Below the pieces are notes generated by a model that saw only the letters and a program-made list of their open reading frames with translations, had not been told where the DNA came from and did no database searches. A program made the translations under genes and the position numbers. Positions 58,312 to 64,000 of a DNA stretch of 64,000 nucleotides are shown one piece after another. Origin of the DNA: Alkalispirochaeta sp. (lineage in GTDB: Bacteria > Spirochaetota > Spirochaetia > DSM-27196 > Alkalispirochaetaceae). The DNA lies in assembly GCA_965601925.1 (NCBI GenBank), contig OZ271854.1:3712001-3776000 (forward strand). The letters run 5' to 3'. Positions within the stretch are counted from its first letter, which is position 1. Each line of letters starts with the position of its first letter.

Positions 58312-60747
58312 ATGCATGATGGGAATGCGGAGAGCCGGTACGTACGAGACGTCGCCGGTGCGGAGATGGACGTACCGAACAGTTCCTCAAACGGGCACCC
58401 AGCGGACAGCCACGATGCGATTCACGTCCAAGGTGCCCGGGAGAACAATCTGAAAGACGTCACCCTCAAGATCCCTAAGCGGCGGCTCACGGTGTTCACC
58501 GGCGTCTCCGGCTCCGGCAAAAGTTCGCTCGTCTTCGGTACGATCGCCACCGAATCGCAGCGCCTGATTAACGAAACCTACAGCGCCTTCCTGCAGGGCT
58601 TCATGCCGACCGTGGCGCGGCCCAACGTCGACGTTCTCGACGGGATTACGACGGTGATTATCGTCGATCAGGAACGAATGGGTGCCAATGCCCGCTCGAC
58701 GGTCGGCACGGCCACCGATGCCGCCGCCATGCTCCGTGTGCTTTGGAGTCGTCTCGGCCGACCCGCCATCGGTCCGCCGAAGGCGTTCGCCTTCAACGTC
58801 CCGTCGGTACGCGGTGTAGGACAGATCTCGATCACGCAACGAGACGGGACGACAAAGAGAGAGAAACGAGCATTCTCAGTCGCCGGCGGCATGTGTCCGC
58901 GCTGCGATGGGATGGGCGCGGTAACCGACATCGATCGAACCCAGCTCTATGACGAGAACAAGTCGCTCAACGACGGACCGTTCACCATTCCCGGTTACAA
59001 AGCCGGGGGGTGGGAGGTCCGTATCTTCTCCGACTCCGGCTTCTTCGATCCGGACAAGCCGATTCGGGACTACACCGAGAGTGAGCTCCACGATTTTCTC
59101 CACAGGGAGCCGATCAAGGTGAAGATAAACGGTACAAACATTACCTATGAGGGGTTGATCCCACGGATTCAGAGAGCCTTCCTCTCCAAAGACAAGGAGG
59201 CGATGCAGCCCCACATCCGCGCTTTTGTGGAACGGGCCGTTACCTTCACGACCTGCCCGGACTGCCGCGGTACCCGTCTCAACGAGGCGGCCCGCTCTTC
59301 GAAGGTCAAAGGCATAAGTATCGCCGACGCGTGCGCCATGCAGATCAGCGATTTGTCGCTGTGGATGCGGGAACTTGATGAGCCGTCCGTCGCGCCCCTT
59401 GTCGACTCCCTTCGCCGTACCCTCGGCTCCTTCGACGAGATCGGACTCGGATATCTTACACTCGATCGACCGTCCGGGACGCTCTCAGGCGGCGAGGCGC
59501 AACGTACGAAGATGATCCGCCACCTCGGTTCCGCACTCACCGACGTCACCTACGTCTTCGACGAGCCGACGATCGGGTTGCATCCCCACGATGTCAGGCG
59601 CATGAACGAACTACTGGTCAGACTTCGCGACAAGGGCAATACCGTCCTCGTAGTCGAGCACAAACCTGAGGTAATCGCAATCGCCGACCACGTCGTTGAT
59701 CTCGGTCCCGGGGCGGGAACGGCGGGCGGCGAGGTCGTTTTCGAGGGGTCCGTCGAGCGCTTGCGGACGAGCGGTACTCTCACCGGGCGGCATCTGTCGG
59801 ACCGAGCTTCGGTGAAGAGAGTGGTGCGAAGACCCACCGGCGCGATCGAGATACGGGGCGCGGCGACCAACAATCTGCAGAACGTCGACGTCGACATTCC
59901 TCTCGGCGTGCTCGTCGTATTGACCGGCGTCGCCGGGTCGGGAAAGAGCTCGCTCGTCGACGGCTCCATTGTCGGTAAAGACGGCGTGGTGACCGTTGAT
60001 CAAACGGCGATTCGCGGCTCGCGGAGAAGTAACCCGGCGACCTACACGGGCCTCCTCGATCCGGTACGCAAGGCCTTCGCGAAGGCAAACGGCGTGAAGC
60101 CGGCGCTCTTCAGCGCGAACTCCGAAGGGGCGTGTCCGACCTGCAACGGAGCCGGAGTTATTTACGCCGACCTCGGAATGGTGGCCGGCGTTGCGACGGT
60201 CTGCGAGGATTGCGGGGGGCGGCGCTTCGACTCATCGGTTCTCGAATACCGTTTTGGAGGTCGCACTATCGCGGACGTCTTCGATATGCCCGTGGAGGAT
60301 GCGGTGCGCTTCTTCGGCGAGGGAGAGGGCAAGATCACCGCAGCCCACGCCATTGTCGAACGAATGGCCGACGTGGGGCTGAGCTACCTGCGTCTCGGTC
60401 AGCCCCTCACGACGCTTTCCGGCGGCGAGCGGCAACGCCTGAAACTCGCGACACACATGGGCGAGGAGGGCGGTATCTATGTTCTCGACGAGCCGACTAC
60501 CGGACTGCACCTAGCGGACCTCGTGCAACTCCTCGGGCTCCTGGACGGGCTCGTGGACTCCGGCAAGTCGGTTATCGTGATCGAACACCATCTGTCGGTG
60601 ATGGCTCACGCCGATTGGATCATCGACCTCGGGCCCGGGGCGGGCCATGACGGCGGACGGGTCGTGTTCGAGGGCACCCCGGCGGATCTCGTGGCGGCGA
60701 AATCGACGGTGACCGGAGAGCATTTGGCGGCATTCGTCGAGAGTTGA
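58312..60747 (+). CDS. UvrA-like protein, short class II (DrrC/UvrA2-type)
   Basis: GAR.NNL, two Walker A, two LSGGE, CxxC fingers; ~800 aa. Confidence 0.9.
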   Translation: MHDGNAESRYVRDVAGAEMDVPNSSSNGHPADSHDAIHVQGARENNLKDVTLKIPKRRLTVFTGVSGSGKSSLVFGTIATESQRLINETYSAFLQGFMPTVARPNVDVLDGITTVIIVDQERMGANARSTVGTATDAAAMLRVLWSRLGRPAIGPPKAFAFNVPSVRGVGQISITQRDGTTKREKRAFSVAGGMCPRCDGMGAVTDIDRTQLYDENKSLNDGPFTIPGYKAGGWEVRIFSDSGFFDPDKPIRDYTESELHDFLHREPIKVKINGTNITYEGLIPRIQRAFLSKDKEAMQPHIRAFVERAVTFTTCPDCRGTRLNEAARSSKVKGISIADACAMQISDLSLWMRELDEPSVAPLVDSLRRTLGSFDEIGLGYLTLDRPSGTLSGGEAQRTKMIRHLGSALTDVTYVFDEPTIGLHPHDVRRMNELLVRLRDKGNTVLVVEHKPEVIAIADHVVDLGPGAGTAGGEVVFEGSVERLRTSGTLTGRHLSDRASVKRVVRRPTGAIEIRGAATNNLQNVDVDIPLGVLVVLTGVAGSGKSSLVDGSIVGKDGVVTVDQTAIRGSRRSNPATYTGLLDPVRKAFAKANGVKPALFSANSEGACPTCNGAGVIYADLGMVAGVATVCEDCGGRRFDSSVLEYRFGGRTIADVFDMPVEDAVRFFGEGEGKITAAHAIVERMADVGLSYLRLGQPLTTLSGGERQRLKLATHMGEEGGIYVLDEPTTGLHLADLVQLLGLLDGLVDSGKSVIVIEHHLSVMAHADWIIDLGPGAGHDGGRVVFEGTPADLVAAKSTVTGEHLAAFVES

Positions 60748-60830
60748 TCGAACGCCGTTCGATCGTCTTGAGGGACCGGATGTGCGGCCTATAGGAGTGC
60801 TGCTTGCAATAGTTACGATATGTAATTATA

Positions 60831-61304
60831 GTGACGGATAGTAAATTCCGGAGGATGGCATCTATGAAAGTCCGTGCATTTCAACGTTTCGCGCGATTCG
60901 GCGGCTTGTTCAACATCATCGCCGCGGTTCCCTTGGCGACACCGTGGACGATGGATGTGTATCTGCGACTCATCGGCGGCTTGAATCGGTCACTCGGCCT
61001 CGGGGGAACGCTTTGGCTCGATGTAAACCATCCGGTTCACCGCTTTCTGGTGATGACCGCGGGCATCGACTTGGTACTCGTGGGTGTCTTGGTGCTCTGG
61101 GCGGCGCACGTGCCGGTCCAACGCAAGAGCTTGTTCGTGTACAACGCCGCGGCGCGTCTGATATGGACCGCGTTCATGATCTACTTTGTCGTCGTGTTCA
61201 ACTTGTGGCCGATCTTTTTGGTGTTCGGGTTGACGGATATCGTCATTAGTATCGTGTTCTTGCGCTTCGCATGCTCCGGCCGAAGACGTATCGCGCCCGT
61301 GTAG
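60831..61304 (+). CDS. Membrane protein
   Basis: About four TM segments. Confidence 0.65.
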   Translation: MTDSKFRRMASMKVRAFQRFARFGGLFNIIAAVPLATPWTMDVYLRLIGGLNRSLGLGGTLWLDVNHPVHRFLVMTAGIDLVLVGVLVLWAAHVPVQRKSLFVYNAAARLIWTAFMIYFVVVFNLWPIFLVFGLTDIVISIVFLRFACSGRRRIAPV

Positions 61305-61342
61305 AACGGTCCGGGCCGTGGTATGCTCCGGTAGATTGGTGA

Positions 61343-61924
61343 ATGGATTCGATGTCTACAGCGGATGAGTTGAAGCGACGGCGGAAACGCCACCGTATCG
61401 AGCGCATACTGGAGGCTACGTGGGCCGTAGTGCAGGACCACGGAGCGCGCTATCCCGCTCTGTTCGAAGAGGTCGCCGCGCGGATAGCGGTAACGAGGCC
61501 GGCGCTGTATCGCTATTTTCGCGATCGCGAGAGTTTGCTCCGTGGGGTCGTCGAGTGGAAGAGCAGCGAGTTGACCGCGATGTTACGCGCCGCGGTTGCT
61601 CCACACGGCGACGTCACCGCTCGTGTCGGCGCGGTCGTCCGCGAGGCGTTGGCGTTTCAAATCGCCAATCCATCGTATGCGGAGCTCTTGTTGAGTGGGA
61701 GTCAATTGAGGTACCCGCGCGATGAGCACCCCTTCAGACCGATCGTGGATTTAGTGGCCGAACAGTTCTTTCCGAACGATACGAGCGCCGGTCGAGATCA
61801 TGCGGTAATGTTTCTCAGCATACTGTTCTCTCCCTCGTTTCGCAGCCGGATGCACCCCGAACTGGATGTCTCGGTAACGGACGAGGACGCGTTGCGAAGC
61901 TTTGTGCTTCGACTGATAGATTGA
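61343..61924 (+). CDS. TetR-family regulator
   Basis: EEVA......RPALYRYF. Confidence 0.85.
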   Translation: MDSMSTADELKRRRKRHRIERILEATWAVVQDHGARYPALFEEVAARIAVTRPALYRYFRDRESLLRGVVEWKSSELTAMLRAAVAPHGDVTARVGAVVREALAFQIANPSYAELLLSGSQLRYPRDEHPFRPIVDLVAEQFFPNDTSAGRDHAVMFLSILFSPSFRSRMHPELDVSVTDEDALRSFVLRLID

Positions 61925-61980
61925 TATCGGTAGGCGTTGCCTTCGAGTCGGCGAGGGGCATCGCGTTCTCCACCGCCCGG

Positions 61981-62928
61981 CTACGCCGCACCGCCGCCAC
62001 GGTTCGAGGTGCGGCCCGTCGGCGACTCGTCGACATCCGCGGCGAGGACGTCCCGATACCGCCCCGGGGGCAGTCCGTACTTGCGTTTAAAGAGACGTAT
62101 GAACTGCGAGACGTTTTCATATCCCAAGTCGAGGGCGATCGAGGAGACCTCGGCACTTCTTGATCGCAGTAGACGTTCGGCATGGGTGAGCTTGCGATCG
62201 ATGAGCCATTGCTTGGGCGACGTAGCGTATCGCAACCGAAACTCCCGATTGAACGAGGTCTTGCTCTTGCCGCTTAGGGCGATATAGTCGTTAACGGTAA
62301 GGTCCGTATCGAAGAGGAGATCCATGATCTTCACAGGGTCGCGCGTCTGATTGGCGCGCGGACCGGCAAGCCAGCGTGAGAGACTCGGCGCGTCGTCGTA
62401 AAGGCGTACCAGCTGGAGGAACTCCATGAGTTGTAGCTCCATGAGGTGGTACGCACCGTCCGGCACCGCATCGAGAAGAGCTTTCGCGTTGCTGCAGAAT
62501 ATCCGGATCGCGTGAGACGTCGGGAGTACGAGAGGTGCGAATGCTCCATCGTCCTCGCTCGATCGACTCGCGCCGCCGCCGTCGCGAACGGCTCGTCCGG
62601 CGCGCGGGAGCCGAAAGAGTAGATCCTCGTGTAAGAAGAAAACATAACTTTCGAAGGGCGCGCCGGAGCCGGCAAAAAGGTCGCTGATCCAAAAGATATC
62701 CCGGGGGAGGAGAAGCATTTCGCCGGCAGTCGCCCGGTACTCCCGCCCGTCCATATCCCGTACGATCTTGGCACCCTGCACCACAACGCTGGCCGACGCC
62801 GTCGTTGCCCGGATGCGCTGTTCCAAGAGGGGACGAGCCAGGCGTTTGTAGACGATGGCGTTGCCCTTCCAGACCGATAGCGCGGTCGCGTTGGGATCGT
62901 TTTTCAGTGCTCGCGGTACCGTTTTCAT
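61981..62928 (-). CDS. AraC-family regulator
   Basis: SGKS.TSF.REF, LGYENVS.F.R.FK..YG..P. Confidence 0.88.
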   Translation of the reverse strand: MKTVPRALKNDPNATALSVWKGNAIVYKRLARPLLEQRIRATTASASVVVQGAKIVRDMDGREYRATAGEMLLLPRDIFWISDLFAGSGAPFESYVFFLHEDLLFRLPRAGRAVRDGGGASRSSEDDGAFAPLVLPTSHAIRIFCSNAKALLDAVPDGAYHLMELQLMEFLQLVRLYDDAPSLSRWLAGPRANQTRDPVKIMDLLFDTDLTVNDYIALSGKSKTSFNREFRLRYATSPKQWLIDRKLTHAERLLRSRSAEVSSIALDLGYENVSQFIRLFKRKYGLPPGRYRDVLAADVDESPTGRTSNRGGGAA

Positions 62929-62997
62929 ACACGTCGTCTCACGAATGTCGATATCGAAGCGACGTCGGCGTCGCCTCGAAAAAGGTAGCTCCTGTCG

Positions 62998-63711
62998 TCA
63001 CATCGAGGCAAATTGTCTCTCTACGGCCTTGTGATCGGCCCTCCATTGGGCGTACACCGACTGTGACATCGGGTCCGGAAATACGTCGGCCTCTTCCGAC
63101 TCTATTCCGCGAAGAATACCGGCGGCGACGTCCCCTGGGCTCGTCTTCGGAGCATCGACGCCGGCGAGCATGTCGGTGTCCACACCGCCGGGGAATACGT
63201 TTTTCACGGTGATACCATATTCTTCCACGGTTCCTCGCAGCGACAAAGCGAGCGACCATGCGGCCGCCTTGGACGCACAGTAGGCGGCCATGCCCGGCGC
63301 GCTCACGAGGGAAACGAGGGTAAGAATGTTTACCACCGTGCCGCGATTCTCGCGCAATACGGGCGTGAAGGTACGCACCATACGCAGCAAGCCGTAGAAG
63401 TTCACGTCCATGTCCCGTCGAATCGACTCCTCATCGACGGTGAGAATGTCTCCAAAGGTGAGCACGCCTGCGTTGTTGACCAGAAGGGTGACGTCGCGGG
63501 CCGACTCGGCGGCCCGCCGTACGTCATCCGGTGAGGTGATGTCGAGGCGTAGCGGGACAATCCGGCCGTCCGACGCCCACGACGGATCCGCTGCGTTGCG
63601 ATATCCGGCGTATATCTTACCGGCCCTCGACGCGGTAAGCGCCTCGACCAACGCTTTGCCGATACCTCGATTCGCTCCGCTCACCAGTACCACTGAATCC
63701 TTGATCGTCAT
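62998..63711 (-). CDS. SDR oxidoreductase
   Basis: GANRGIG, NNAG, YCASK, PG.VDT. Confidence 0.92.
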   Translation of the reverse strand: MTIKDSVVLVSGANRGIGKALVEALTASRAGKIYAGYRNAADPSWASDGRIVPLRLDITSPDDVRRAAESARDVTLLVNNAGVLTFGDILTVDEESIRRDMDVNFYGLLRMVRTFTPVLRENRGTVVNILTLVSLVSAPGMAAYCASKAAAWSLALSLRGTVEEYGITVKNVFPGGVDTDMLAGVDAPKTSPGDVAAGILRGIESEEADVFPDPMSQSVYAQWRADHKAVERQFASM

Positions 63712-64000
63712 ACCGACTCCTCTCTCAGGTTTTTGTGCAGTATGGGCATTATGACGGGCGGGCGTTGCCGTAAACGGTCCGGCGTTAGCAGAAACGGCCC
63801 GGAATGATAGAAAGGGAGTCGTTGAACGGTCGAAAGGAGACGTGCGCGCGTTGAGCCGAACGCGCGTTCGACAACGCTCTTTGTGTCATACCCGATGTGA
63901 GAAACGCCAAACTCGCGGAGGCTCTCGCGATCGCCGCACGCAACCCATACATTTTGAGTGCCGCTCCTGCGAGAACTCCGACGTTGCCCGAGACTGGCGT

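Noticed and set aside
58312..60747. Canonical NER uvrA
   Set aside because: Shorter than class I UvrA with class II-type sequence and accessory context; gene symbol withheld

Overview
Three accessory regions. (1) ~130-20150: late-gene half of an HK97-type siphovirus prophage: terminase, portal, protease, capsid, tail genes with a -1 frameshift, tape measure, a 1660-aa tail protein with a 7-blade propeller, an amidase lysis module with a dual-coded spanin-like pair, and morons. (2) ~21400-29100: an integrase-less integron cassette array carrying defence genes (MNT-HEPN, RloC-like AAA protein), broken by IS1182, IS3 and IS481. (3) From a tRNA-Val(CAC) 3'-half att site at 29890 rightwards, a probable genomic island. 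It starts with an unusual RiPP cluster (precursor, RRE, two rSAM-SPASM enzymes, unknown protein, soluble S26 peptidase, arginase-like UPF0489 protein, two ABC exporters, YcaO, methyltransferase). It continues with an IS91 pseudogene, a Fur/Zur-type metal-homeostasis operon, and regulator/detoxification genes including an ECF41-UvrA2 locus. The RiPP cluster is the best candidate for an undescribed system. All family calls come from motif recognition by eye; no database searches were run.
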